Shown here: one piece after another, positions 15,579-29,170 of the stretch
Layout of the letters: each line of letters starts with the position of its first letter
Numbering within the stretch: position 1 is the first letter of the stretch
Source of the DNA: Tubiluchus corallicola
Taxonomy: Eukaryota > Animalia > Priapulida
Assembly: GCA_030141605.1 (NCBI GenBank)
Contig: JAQGDQ010000238.1
Location: 124,001-188,000, forward strand
DNA: 64,000 nucleotides
Direction of reading: 5' to 3'
Notes under the pieces: model-generated
Told to the model about the DNA's origin: nothing
The model's database searches: none
What the model saw: the letters and a program-made list of their open reading frames with translations, nothing else
Program-made: the position numbers and the translations under genes

Positions 15579-16392
15579 CAGTACAGAACATTACAGTGCA
15601 GTACAGTGCAGTGCAGTGCAGTGCAGTGCAGTGCAGTGCAGTGCAGTGCAGTGCAGTGCAGTGCAGTGCAGTACAGTACAGTACAGTACAGTACAGTACA
15701 GTACAGTACAGTACAGTACAGTACAGTACAGTACAGTACAGTACAGTACAGTACAGTACAGTACAGCACAGTACAGTACAGTACAGTATAGTACAGTACA
15801 GTACAGTACAGTACAGTACAGTACAGTACAGTACAGTGCAGTGCAGTGCGGTACGGTACGGTACGGTACAGTACAGTACAGTACAGTGCAGTACGGTACA
15901 GTATACAGTACAGTACAGTACGGTACAGTACAGTACAGTACAGTACGGTACAGTACAGTACAGTACAGTACAGTACAGTACAGTACAGTACAGTACAGTA
16001 CAGTACAGTACAGTACAGTACAGTACAGTACAGTACAGTACAGTACAGTACAGTACAGTACAGCACAGTACAGTACAGTACAGTGCAATGCAGCGTAGTG
16101 CAGCACAGTGCAGTAAAGTAAAGTAAAGTAAAGTAAAGTAAAGTAAAGTAAAGTAAAGTAAAGTAAAGTAAAGTAAAGTAAAGTAAAGTAAAGTAAAGTA
16201 AAGTAAAGTAAAGTAAAGTAAAGTAAAGTAAAGTAAAGTAAAGTAAAGTAAAGTAAAGTAAAGTAAAGTAAAGTAAAGCAAAACAAAGCAAAGCAAAGTA
16301 AAGTAAAGTAAAGTAAAGTAAAGTAAAGTAAAGTAAAGTAAAGTAAAGTAAAGTAAAGTAAAGTAAAGTAAAGTAAAGTAAAGTAAAGTAAA
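15579..16392. repeat. Compound pentanucleotide array (CAGTG)(CAGTA)(AAGTA)
   Basis: Directly visible; it is the source of the QYSTV/LYCTV pseudo-ORFs. Confidence 0.98.
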
Positions 16393-16627
16393 CTTATTTT
16401 GCTCAGAGCTTGCGTTAGCAGTAACCCAGTACAAAACTGGGAAATTTAAACTCCCGCGAAGACATATAGGTGCCCCTATTTCGATAGTATGTCGTTTTAA
16501 ACAAGTTTAGATAAGATTGCGAAAACTTTGGAAAAATTATTAGAGCATTCGCAGTGTATAAATGACTATGAATTTTCTTTTTTAGTTACGTAAACAGGTA
16601 AGCGGCGAATTATAAAGATTTTTTGAC

Positions 16628-16770
16628 AAGATTAGTCTAGTGGTAACGATTCCGCTTTCCGTCTAGCTTTGCTAGTTTGATATTGTGGCTATATTGTCAC
16701 ACCAAAGACTTTAAAAGTGGCACCTGCTGTTGACCTGCCTGGCGCGTTGTATTCACGGCAAACGTTGGGT
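16628..16770 (+). mobile_element. Degraded tRNA-derived SINE with Meta-domain-like core
   Basis: A-box-like TAGTCTAGTGG followed by GTCACACCAAAGACTTTAAAAGTGGCACCTGCTG..CCTGCCTGGCGC. This resembles the MetaSINE core as I recall it (GTCATACCAAAGACTTTAAAAATGGTAC). Confidence 0.55.
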
Positions 16771-17113
16771 AACAATTTCTGTAATATTCTTGTAGTTCAT
16801 TATTTACAGTATGTTACAAAAGTCTCATGGCAGAGCTTGTGTTGTCTGTTGAATTTAAAGCCGAGTTATAACTCTGTATAGAACGTTTTTAGGTCTTTAA
16901 AATTGCTCTTTCTTCTCCTTTTGAGAAAGTAATGGTTGTTTTTTATCGTTAGTATGCCAGCTACTTGCTTTTAGCTTGTGTCACTTTATATGCTATTTGA
17001 CCGCTTTCTTGCGGATTTACTCTATTTAAACCTTGGTTATCTTATAAACCCAATAGGCTAACAAACTTTATAATACGGCTATTTTAACATGAGCAGCTGA
17101 AACATAACATTTG

Positions 17114-17178
17114 AGCGCCATCTACTGCGAAACATTTGAACAATCAGTTTGTAGAAAATCCTGGCAAAAGATGGCGCG
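17114..17178. promoter_or_regulatory. Divergent pair of CTCF-like motifs (the second is also YY1-like)
   Basis: Minus strand GCAGTAGATGGCGCT at 17114-17128; plus strand GCAAAAGATGGCGC at 17164-17177. Confidence 0.45.
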
Positions 17179-17297
17179 CGGAACACCTAAAGTTATTGAT
17201 AACCCAAAGTTCGACGGTTTTAAAGGGAAATTTGAAAAAAGCTCACTCACTCACAAAGCTATTTTATGACAAAAACTAGGCACAAATGTTACCAATT

Positions 17298-17486
17298 AAA
17301 AAGGAGTGAAGTGAAGTGAAGTAAGGTAAGGTAAGGTAAGGCAGGGCAAAGAAAAGAAAAGAAAAGAAAGAGAAGAAAAGGAAATGAAATGAATGAAAGA
17401 AAAGAAGTGAAAAATAAAGAAAGTGAATCGAAGTGAAGTGAGGTGTAAAGTAAAGTAAAGTAAAATATGCAAAGTAAAGTAAAGTG
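17298..17486. repeat. Degenerate purine-rich pentamer tract (AAGTG/AAGTA/AAAAG)
   Basis: Directly visible. Confidence 0.8.
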
Positions 17487-18307
17487 CACAAACACAAAGT
17501 TTAAATCACAAAAACTGGTGTACTTACAGTTGTATAATTGTTGAAAAATGAATTTGAAAAATAAAATTCAAAATGTTATTGTTCGTCGTGCTAATGTCCT
17601 CTAAGCCACTACGGTTCTTGTGGTTGCGAAAAATATTCTTGAAGCTTCATAGAATGCTAAATGGAGAAAATTTAGCTGAGCTGAAAAAATACTAAAAATA
17701 ACAAAAAATTAAGATCGTTGTTACAACTTTTATAATGTCACACAATATGTTTATCCTTAGTGGATGATGGAAAATGGACAGCATTGAAAATGTTAGTTGG
17801 AATATGTACAGTAACATAGACATTTACAGTTATTTGTTCCTATGCTATGCCAAAAAAACTGGTACGTTGTTCAAGGTTCCTCGGATTTCTGACTATCCGG
17901 ACTATGCGACAAGTGGACATATATTAGCATACCATTAGACTTAGTAAAAGACACAGTACAGAGCAGGTGCAGTGTTAGACAACACCAAGAAGGAAACCCG
18001 ATTAGCTAGATTGATATCATCAGTCAAACGAGAGCTGACCATTGGCTATTTTGATTTATGGCCACGTCATGTAGCTGGACACATGTATAGCCTCACTTCT
18101 CTTTGTCACACTTTGTCCTCTAATGGGCCATAAATGCGGAACCTGCTAACGTGTGTGTAATCGTCTTATTCTCCTTGTGAGGCTTTTCTTTAGACAGGAT
18201 AGTTTAAGAAATCTAGTTTGAACGCCTTAGACAAAAGAAAACGTTAATTATAATCAGCCTGTCAAACTTATTCTATAATTTGAACTAGATTTTTTAAAAT
18301 TTGTATT

Positions 18308-18562
18308 CAATTCAATTCAATTTTATTTGCTCATATACATAATTATAATGTACATTGGTAAAACACTTAAAACGATCCATACATGTCAAATAATGCATAC
18401 ATGTAAAATTAATTCGTATTATAAGATTTGTGCGAAAAGTTATTTTTATAGAAAATAATTGTAACAATTATTCGCATTTTTGGTATGTTGTATATTAACA
18501 TGGTAAAGCTAGCTATCTAATTAAAATGCAGTACAAGAATCACAGTTAAATATTAGTATTTC
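18308..18562 (-). repeat. Dispersed repeat copy 1 (probable LINE/SINE 3' UTR with (TTGAA)n tail)
   Basis: Collinear similarity with 32541-32818, e.g. TATAATGTACATT..AAAACAC, TTTGTGC.AAA.GTTATTTT and AATCACAGTTAAAT. Confidence 0.7.
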
Positions 18563-21109
18563 AGTGGTATAGCGATCTGGCAGTTTGCCATTTCCCAGGG
18601 TAGCCTAGTAAGCTGTTTAAACTGACCAGTGATTCCGACACGTGTGCCCAATCCACGGCCCATGGGGTAAAGCGCACGTGTTTTAGTGTCATTTTCAATT
18701 TATATTTTTGTATTGCAGCATCCTTCGTTCACACGCCGTTCTTTGCCAGCTGTGACTACTCAGTTTACGCAAGCATGTGTCAGTACTTTGGTTAACTCTG
18801 CTAGATCCAGGGGCTGAAATTAACAGCCTAGATGAGGTCACATATTGAGTCATTCTGTGTCATTGCTGGAGAGTTGGGTTTCAGCTTGCTCTGTGGGAAT
18901 GAAGTAATTTTCACGGCTTGTGTGGGAACGGGGATTCCCAGCATCAACAGCTTGACATTAATTATCAAAAGCACAATTTAATATATACAAAAATGCAACA
19001 ATGAATTACAGTCGTGAGTAAACACAAAACATTTTTTGCAGTGGTGCATTAAAAATTTAGTTCTTCTTTGGTTTGCTTTGGCGATTAAAATTTACTTTCT
19101 TTTGCAATCTGCTTGTAATTTTCAAATCAAAACAAAATTCTTTTTGGCGCCTAGAGACATATCAGAGTATTTCGCTTGAAGAATTGAGAAGAGATGCTTT
19201 TTCTCCTTTTTCGTTGTTATCGATTTGCTAACTTGTATAGATTGAAACATTTAATGTGCGAAAAGCATTTCTGAAATATTAGCAGTTAACCATGGCGTAA
19301 GACAGGGAAGATTTTTGTTGCCTCGCTTACTCATTATTTATATTGATGTCTTGCTTTAAAGTGGCTATCATTTGGGTGATATTGTAGCTGATCTAAAGGT
19401 GGTGACATTGCTGGCAAACGTGGCTCTCAAATTTTAAAAAATGAAAATTTTATCGGAAGTTTTATGGTTTAATTATTTCATAGAAATTTCTTATAGGCAA
19501 GTTTTACTAATTTTGAAAGCCACGCGCTTAATTTTTTGGTAACTTAATTGAACAACATGGGTGATCTTGTCTTTAACAACCCATCGCATAAATTGCACAT
19601 TAGATGAACACGTAACTAAAGTTTTTGAAGTTTCTCTTTGTACATTTTAGAAGACTTCTCGGAAACCCGCCCAAAAATCATTTCTTATTATGGAACTAGA
19701 GTTACAAACCGTTGGCTGAAGCTGCTTGTCTTTAACAAGATTCGTGTACCGCCTATCTCTCACGCGCATTTGATTACATGTTTACGCAGGTGCCTTGTAT
19801 TTGTTTCAAAAGAGCACCCAAATAGGCTTAAGTAGAAAGAATACATGAAACACAAGTGAACGAAAATGAGGGTTTTTGCTGAAGCCGCACTGATTGAAGA
19901 CTGTAATAGTAAATTATAATTATTAAAATAGAAAAAAATTTATTGAAATAACTACGTATTATTTTTTCATCTATATTTATGTTCTAGAAATATTTTTTAA
20001 GTGATCTCACTACTTTTCTACAAGGACCTTCTATAGCTGAAATTCATTAATTATCCCTAATGAGACCTGCGTAATTCATTATGCAATAAAGGCAAAAGTA
20101 GTTTTTCAAAGATTTATTTAAAAATAAATAAATTTCTAACATTTTTCTAATCAATTTTTCTGATTTTTCTTTTTCTGATTTTTTTGCATTTAGGAAAAGT
20201 GGGACAATAGTAGCGGATCTCTAGAGAAAAAGTAGTTAAAATTAGTGTAGTGGATGTTACAGTCAATATGTTGAAGAAACTACACATTATTTTAAGTTTA
20301 AGGCAGGTTAAATAACAAAGCAAAATTAAACCAGAAACAGACATCAATCTCCTGATTATACACAAAAATACAAGGTCGTTGATTCTGCGAAGTAAAAATT
20401 CAATCTGTTGCCCACTTATGGTAGTTGGTCCTTATATATTTTTACTTGAATACTAAAATCACGCAATAATTATGGCTCACTCAGTCATACGACCGAAAAG
20501 TACTCTATACAAAAAAGCAGACTTGGCAGTTAATCCGTAATATCTAAAAATTCAGATAATAAAATTTTATTTGCATGACGCGAATGGAATTAAGATCGAA
20601 ATTGCAAAAATGATTGTTATTATTTTATTTGCATTAGTGGGTATTAATATTAAATCCTGTTTATAAAATCATTCTCCTGAAAATGGATCACATTTATTAG
20701 TTTGCAGACATGCACCAATATTTATATATCCACTAAGCATATTTAATGATTTAATGGATATGCAAATGTATGCCGACCCATGCGTGTATGGGTATATATA
20801 GATAATTTATTTATGCAGCGTATACTATTTATTTCGAATAATAGTTCAATGTAACACATTACAAAAAACAATCGAAACAATCACACGCACAAAGCAAAAC
20901 AACAAAAGAGTACAGTATGCATAAATAAAAACAAACATGTGTATATACAAAGAAAATTAGTACAAGACTAAGAGAATAAAAATCACAACACCGATATTGT
21001 CATGTCACACAAAAATACATTACTCATATATCATGCACGTTAGTTATTCTTGAAAAATAAATTAACGCAGAGGTAATAGAAAAAACTATTTAAAATCATC
21101 CGATAATTC

Positions 21110-21522
21110 GAACTGAACATTTCCGGTGTTGTAGGTCATCTCAGCAGTGATAAAATTGGAAGTAAAATTAAAAATGCAAAACAGTCGATTAGAATATTGT
21201 TATAAATAACATCAGTTTGTTCAAGCTATCAGCATAATTAAAATTTTACATTTGACAAAGTAAAAAAGTTCATTTTGAGTGAATTAATGTGAGCCTAAAC
21301 TACTGAATAAAATAACCCGAGTACCTTTCTGACTAGTTATATCATGTAAACTGAAGGACTTTTTTATTTTGTCAAATGTAAATTTTAATTATGCTGATAG
21401 TCTGAGTAAACTGGAATTATTTACAACAATAATCAGACGTCATGTTTAACGTTTATAATTTTATAGTCAATTTTATCGTTACTGGCAATGTTTACAATAG
21501 TTTAAACGAAGAAAGTTCCAGT
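21110..21522. mobile_element. Foldback/palindromic MITE relic
   Basis: 21226-21269 (CTATCAGCATAATTAAAATTTTACATTTGACAAAGTAAAAAAGT) is the near-perfect reverse complement of 21358-21400. Pairing continues outward (GATAAAATTG/CAATTTTATC). Confidence 0.75.
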
Positions 21523-22757
21523 AAAAAATTTCATTAAAATTACGCTTTTGTTAACAATCATCATTGCATTCTATACAACTTTTATACTATATTCTTTTAT
21601 TAAACATATAATTACTAGTTTGATTCTTAAAGATATTATAAAATTACGATATCAATGAACTACCGATCTCTTATTTGGTTCCTCTTGCTGCTGAGAATGA
21701 AATTTAATGATAATCAGCAGCCATTATTATTCTTTCTCCCAGGCAACTTGAGACAAGAACTATTGAGATTCGTGAGAACATTCTCAAATATGGCCACTGG
21801 GTAGAAAATTAACGAAACTCGTTGTAACTCTTAATTAAACGTTAATTACAAACCTGCATGGACATGCCGACATGCTTACTACATGTAAAGACGAAAGTAC
21901 ATCATGTAGTTTGCATTGTATGTACATGTGACAGATTGACATTCCTTAATCTAAGCAGGACTATGCATGTATTACCAGCAAGACTTAAAGAGAGTATTGT
22001 TAATTCTGCAAGTTGAGGGTCATCAGCTATCAATTTATGACGCTCTTGTTGCAAATCTGGTAGTAAACCATTTGTGTGATTTATGGGGGTCATAATTAAA
22101 GTGACGACTATTCGTGTATGCGTGGGGTGGGACGAATTTGTGATAGCAATTTGACAAACCTCTTATTCAGAAGGCAACTGGCAGTAAGCTTGAACTTACG
22201 GTGCTATGTAAAATTCCGGGAGGAATAGTTGATGACTTACATTAGCAGCTTAACAGTGTTATAATCATTCTAGTGTATGGTTCCTTAGTACTAGTTCCTT
22301 TTTATTTCGTATTGTAATCCTGGATGTGTCTGGTTTTGGTGTAAAACTCGTACACTTCAAGGGTGGGGATTGTCTGCCTTGTTCACAGCTAATCTGATTT
22401 ATAACATCGATTATCGGGGTTATAAAATCATCAAGGATCGGGTCCGGTTTATAACTATTAATAGAAATCTGGATAGGTTTAGGGTCGGGTAGTTTGCAAA
22501 GAGGGCAAAAGTGCGCTTATAAAGTGTTAATTAGTTCAATTTTAGCAACGACCTTGTCCGTTTTTATGAATGGCTGTTTAATCGTTTTGCTTATTTCTCT
22601 ATAAAATAACCCACATTTTGGAGTACATAAAAAAATAAGAGCTGATTTGCATTTCAGGGTTTGATGTAAACTACACCATTTTGCACACGCTGTAGAGCTG
22701 CTCAGCAAAAAGTTAGAAAACGTTTCTGAAATGAAAGCAAATTTACTTCTAGTTTTA

Positions 22758-23085
22758 AAGGAACGATGAAAGGCGAAAGCGAGAAAGGGAGAAGCAGGAA
22801 AAAATTGCGAGCAAAGAAGCGAGAACGAAAAGGCAACGAAAGGGGGAAACAGAGAAAGAGGTAGAGCGGGAGAAGATAGAGCGAGACAAAGAGAGAGTGA
22901 GAGTGTGAGGCAGAGAAAATGAAAAAGAAAGTGGGAGAGAAGGCAGAAATGAGAGAGAAAGCGAGATAGAGAAAGCAGAGAAAAAGAAAGAAAAAAGAAA
23001 GGACGACAGAAAGAGTGAAGGAAGATAAATAACGGAGAAAGAAAGAAAAATATAGCAGAACTGAGAGGCGGAGGGGCGAATGAAC
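22758..23085. repeat. Purine-rich (G/A) low-complexity tract
   Basis: Almost only A and G on the plus strand; looks like decayed (GA)n/(GAAA)n. Confidence 0.8.
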
Positions 23086-26000
23086 AAAGCCGTGATTAAT
23101 AATGTTTGTGTTATCAGGAGGATATTGAAGTCAAGGCAATCAGTCTCAGCAAATTACAAACTGTTGCCATCTTTACAGATGCTTGGAGAGCAAACATGGC
23201 CACACACACTCTGCACCTAAGCACACGGCGGGCCTTCCGGATGTTATGTCCACCCCGCGCTGACCATTTGTACAAATACGGTACATGTGTTCTCAGCGTA
23301 CTACCCTTTAATTAAATCGCTTAATCCGTCTATGGACACTACGTCCGACCAGCAAGTTTACCTGGAATGCGCCTAATTTATCCCCAGAGAGCACACATCA
23401 AAGACGAATGCCGTAAATCAAACGAACAGACCGACAGGTATATGGCATGTAATTACGTATTTGCTGGACTGTTGGCTAATACAGCCTTATTGATTATCAT
23501 AAGTCATAAAAGCACGTTTATAGGACTGGGGTGCAAAAAGCAAGGATCCAAACCTTGCTTCATACTAACAGCTTACGTAAACAAGTGCGAAAACAAATGC
23601 ATAATTGTGTAAACAAATTTTTCTAAAAAATACATAACATACATAAATACTGTACCGCCTCTTTGTTAATTCAACGCTTTTAATACAAAGTTATCTGACG
23701 TTCTAAGTGTGCAGTTTAAGTCTGGTTCAATCTAAATAATGTCATCTATTTAAGTTGATAAATTACTTAACTTTGAGTATTTAAAAGCGAATAACAAATT
23801 GTTGGACTTGCACATGTATGCGGTTACTGGCGATTTGTTCATTTTCCTGGTCGACCTATAGGAATGCCTTCCTCACAAATTGTAAAACAACCGATTATTG
23901 CAATAATTATATTATATATAATTAAATCTGATAACAGTAGTGCTCTTTGAAATTGTATATGATTTCAACTAAATAAGCGTGGTTCGCCTGTAGAAATTTT
24001 AACATGAATACCTGATTATAAATGATATTTATAATGTTCTTTAACCAATTTTAAACTTAAAGGGTCATTTGTTTTCAGTTTCTTTATTTTTCTTGCCGAA
24101 TGTGTAATAAGCGTATGTTCACCTATGTTCATGTATCTACCCTCTGCTGACCAACATGTTAGTCATATACAAAATGGTAGCAGGGCTATAAAACTTTATT
24201 TCTGTCTCTGCTGGTTATTTTATGTGGTAATGTCGTTAAAAGAGTGCTATTCGTCTTGTAATTATTGTTGATTTTTCCTCTGTGTATTGACAGGCGGTAG
24301 AAAAAACAGGTGTGGGCTCGTATTTGAGATGCAGGACCAGTGCTGACCTCTGCAGGGGACCACGAAGATGTGGCAAAAATTACTTACATTTCGAAGCAGC
24401 AGAAGAAAAAGTTGGTACAGTATAATAATCACAGATAAAATTGATCAAACGAAGCAGTTAATAAGCTGGATTAACTTAAGTAAGTTAACATACGTCTTGT
24501 GATATGTAGGCCATGTAAAATACAATACTTGTTAATGTTTTCATTATTTGTTCATTTATTCATTGTAACTCGTCGCAACTTATGGTATATAATAAATACT
24601 ATCCGTTTATACAGTTGCTCCATCTTCTTGCAAGAAAAAGTATCATTATAAATTAGTGTCCCTTGGAGGGAACAACAAAAAATAATTAAAAGCGACTCCA
24701 AGGTCAATTAATTCTTTCCCACCTTTTTAGCCGTAAACAAAGTCTACATCAATCTGCCTCGGGCTGAAGAGAAGCGGTAACTTTTGCCGAAAAAGGGTAA
24801 CTCAAAAGAGGTGATTTCTTCCAAACCTGTGATTTTGTCACCTCCGTGTGTAATTTGCGAGGCAGAAGAAGTTTTACAAGGTATAATGAAAAAATATTTA
24901 CCTTTGCGCTTTTCAATTAGCGCGTTTTCACCTCATACAGACTGTCTGTCTGACAGAATCACGCTTGAAGAAATGCCAACGCATCTTGTAGTAGAAGGAA
25001 CTTGTTTGTCCCTTGTAGCTTCTACTGTTTCACACCGTGGAAAAATCGATAAACTGTGACACAGTTTTGAACATTGACAATTTAGCACAAAAAGAAAACC
25101 AGGTACAAATTACCACAGAAATACCACTCGGTATCAGCAACAGAATGTAGCTTTTCTGTAGTTAGTTAGTTACAGTTTATTGTCATAAATCACACTCATG
25201 ACCATTCAAATGCGTTTTCAATAATACAATACTGTAGAACAGAGAGAAAACAATGATTAGGGACTGAACAATTGCAAGAAATTTAGCACACAATCACCGT
25301 CAACATTTAGAAATTCGTACCAGCTAATTAACCTAACATTATATTTATTTTTAGATGGTTTATCAGTCTAGATGTCACCATTACATGTTCCTCATCTTGC
25401 ACACTACTTTCATCACACGTATAATACTCTTTCATTACGAAGAATTGGCTGTCTTGTCCAAATACTAATTTGTGTTTCCGAATGCTGTACTATAGTATCC
25501 ATTGCTGTTTCTTCTGATTTGTTGTTATATTTATACGTTTGGCTATGTATGAACCGTGTTTTTGTTTTCTATAATAATTAATTTTTACAATATTATATTC
25601 ACTAGTAAGCTACGTTTTATGTTTTCACTAATACAGTATACAAAATCGTATGTTTTCGTTATATTCTTTTTATGAGATTTGAACTTGACCAAATTTGCTC
25701 AAGGACTGAGCCTGCAAGAAGTTCACCTTTAAAAATATTAGGCACGAAGTCATTATTAAACTGCACGCTCTTATTTCAATGCTAATAAATCTTTTTTACT
25801 TGACGACAAGGGTCGAAAAGGCAGGAAAGAACGTGATTAAAAACCGAATTCCTTTTCCGCTACGGAGGTTGGTCAATTTTCAAAAAGAAATCAACAGTTT
25901 AAAAGTACAGTGGATAACTCTACGTAGTAGTTAAGTATCTAGAATTTGAAACCATTTTTCTTTACTTTAATAATTATTTATAAAAATAATAATCGCAGTT

Positions 26001-28194
26001 CAAATATTTCATCAAGATGCAAGGGAGATGTCAAACAATGATGCCAAGACTGTTCATTTACCTTCGGTATTCAGTTAACTGTGAAAATGAATTATTATTC
26101 GGCTCGAGTTATGGGTGTTACCGACAACACGTGACGGCGGTCGCTGGGCTCAGATCAACTTTCAACTTTTACGACGCTTGAAAACATTCATGTGAAGAGA
26201 AAGACAGATGTTGCTCTCAACCCTTTACAAAAAAGCACTTGACTTCAGGCGCGTGCCACTCAGGAAGACTGAAGAGTTTTGAAAGCAGAGAAGAAGCTGA
26301 CATCGTTTTACTGGTGATTCTTCTGACAAATTTACATTCAAAACAAAACATGCACTTACATTTTATTGAAAATATTTCATCAGAAACAGATTTCATTTTG
26401 TGCCGCATGGGCCGCTTTTTGCAAGTGGAAATGCAAGGAAACGTACAAAATTATCTATAATTGGGAAATGTTTTCATTATTAAAGGGCTCATTATTATTG
26501 ATCTCTTTCAAGTATGCTGTCGTAGCACTCCTGAGGGTATAGTAGTATAGCTTACTGACTATAAATACAATGAATGAAACAAAAACTGGATTAAAAAGAG
26601 CGAAATTTACAGTCCATTATTCTTTTCGTTAAGAATTTATCACAAGTGAGTCACATTAGTATTTAAAATAAAATACTTGTACTAACTTTATACAATAGAA
26701 CATTGTAGTTTGATATCTTAAGCGAACAGCAAAATGTTAATAAAATTACTTTCTTTAGTTTTGAAAAGTTTGTAATACTTGAGAGCAAATTTCAAATGCT
26801 TGATTGCTTTCTACAATAGTAGACAGCGCAGAAAAGTTTACGCTGGAATATTTTCTTAACATTTCACTAGTTAAGTTACAGTTCATTAATACATGTTTAT
26901 TTGTTTGTGTCTCTCCGCATGTGCATTGCCATTGGTTTTTATCTCCACCGCCCCATCTACCGGTCTCAATCCTTAGTCAAGAGAAATCTATGAGGTGTTT
27001 TTCTATAGTATTTTCTGGTTATGTTTGGGGTGGTCAAGCCAAGGTTATAGCGAAGAGTTATAATCAGCTTCACAAGAGTATGAAATAATATTATCGTGAA
27101 ATATAGCGGATAAAAATTAACTGAGTAACCGTTAAGAATATTTTAAGATTCTAAACTTCTAAAGGTGCAAGAAGAACTTGGTTGACCTGTTACAATACTT
27201 TGTCAATACTTTGTCACGGATAATAACTAGCAAAACTAAACAGATTTTGATGACATCTCGGCTTGCAGCAATTATTATTTACAATCATTAGACTGGGAGA
27301 CGAAAATATGAAGTCCAAACTTAAGAGCACAGGTTCTTGTGATTGTCAGGTAAACTTGTCGGACAAAGAAGGACGTAAGTTCAGTTCCTGCGTATGATCC
27401 AGAAGAGGATGTCTTTCACTGTGCAAATCGTTGATGTTATTTTATATCAACTCATTATCTTATTAATACAATTGTACAACTGTAGTAGCTAAGCTTTTTT
27501 ACTTCTTGCTGCAAGAATTAAAGCAAACTAAATGCATAACATTTTTGTATCGAAAACTCTTAAGCTGGCTATACAATAACCTGCCGAAAGAAACATCAAT
27601 CACAGGCACACGTCATTATTCTAATTAGCACATCATCCAAGCACTTTGAAACCATATTAAACACGTCTTAATATGGTCTGAAATGGACAACAGAAGCTGC
27701 CGACATCTCGACTTGGGCAGTTATGCAGGAAACTGGTCATTCGCCTGACAATAGTCACCCCGGTGAAACATAAACCCAATGCAGGAATGTCTAAATTATA
27801 CTAAAGGTTCGTCCATTTCCTTAGCGAAGATTGCCGAGAGCAAGACGACGGTTACGTTGTTAAAGCTATAGTATCTAATTAGAATGTTTTTGTACTTTCG
27901 TTGTTACAATGTTGTGGCATGTCGGAAAAATCTCGGAACGTGTCATGGTTCCAAAAATTTCTACGCAGGTGCGAAAGCCACCATATGAAAAGTAGCGCTA
28001 AATAACATTAAACTCCTTCCCGTTTCTTTAACAAATTCTACTAGATTTTGCTTTTGAAATGACTAATAATGGTTTTCAATAGAAGTAACAGCAGTCTATA
28101 ATAAATGGCACATAACAACAACGACAACTGCAGCAACAAAAGCAAACGGCAGCTGAAATAGCAGCAACAGCAACAACAACGACAGTCAGCACAC

Positions 28195-28625
28195 GACGAA
28201 AACTCACTATAGGGCAGAAACTCATTTGTGCAAGAAAAAACTATAGAAAGAGGAATGGAGCGCATTGGAAAAAACCTCCAATTCGCCTTACGAGGCCTAG
28301 ATCCTCAGAATCGTGAACTCACTGTGATAAGGGCAAATTATAAAGAGGGAAAACAGGGCTGGAAGTCACAGCGTCAGCACTCACAGTGTAAGAATTCACT
28401 ATAAAACAGGACAAATCAGGGCCAGAGCCTATTGGACCACATGTTACAGGGCTGAAACGCCCCAGGGACATAAAATCCCCTACTCGCCAAACAAGAACTC
28501 AGCTATTGCAAGAGGGAACTTTAGAAGAGGCAAATTTGGGTCGCAACTCGCTATATCAGACCTCACAGGGCTGAAGCTCACTAGGGCAGACGCTCATCTA
28601 ACAAGAGATCACTATGGCTCAAAAT
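28195..28625. repeat. Highly degenerate ~15-bp repeat tract (AACTCAC..AGGGC.GA)
   Basis: Recurrent ACTCAC and CAGGGCTGA motifs, probably a decayed MITE interior. Confidence 0.45.
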
Positions 28626-28764
28626 TTATTTTCACAATGTGGTTTTATCATTGTTGTACACTTTACGTTTGGTTTAGCGTTTAGCTAATGAAGACAGCAG
28701 GGAGAAAACTTTATTAAAATATTTTACAAAATCACATTTGTCTGTTTATTTAGTATTTTTTATT

Positions 28765-29170
28765 TTTTTCGTTCGTTCGTGTTTTCAATCATTCTTGTAT
28801 TCATTAATTCGTTTGCTCGCTCGTTCATTTATTCACTTATTCATTTATTCACTCACTCATTCGCTCACTCACTCACCCGCTCACTCACTCAGACGCTCAC
28901 TTATTCATTCTCTCACTCATTCCTTTATTAATTCATTTATTCACTCACTCACTTGCTCACTCACTCACTCACCCACTCACTCACTCACTCACACGCTCAC
29001 TTATTCATTCACTCACTCACTCACTCACTCACTCACTCACACGCTCACTCATTCATTCATTTATTCATTCATTCAGTCATTCGCTCACTCACTCACACGC
29101 TCATTCATTCATTCATTCATTTATTCATTCATTCAGTCATTCACTCACTCATTCATTCATTCGCTTATTC
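28765..29170. repeat. (TCAC)n/(TCAT)n compound microsatellite
   Basis: Directly visible. Confidence 0.95.

Noticed and set aside
15518-16434. Long overlapping ORFs of up to 300 aa (QYSTV/LYCTV/LYFTL repeats)
   Set aside because: They are translations of pentanucleotide microsatellites, open in many frames.
28202-28215. ACTCACTATAGGGC, identical to the 3' part of the T7 promoter (possible vector contamination)
   Set aside because: The TAATACG portion is missing, no polylinker follows, and it is one variant of a local degenerate AACTCAC..AGGGC repeat.
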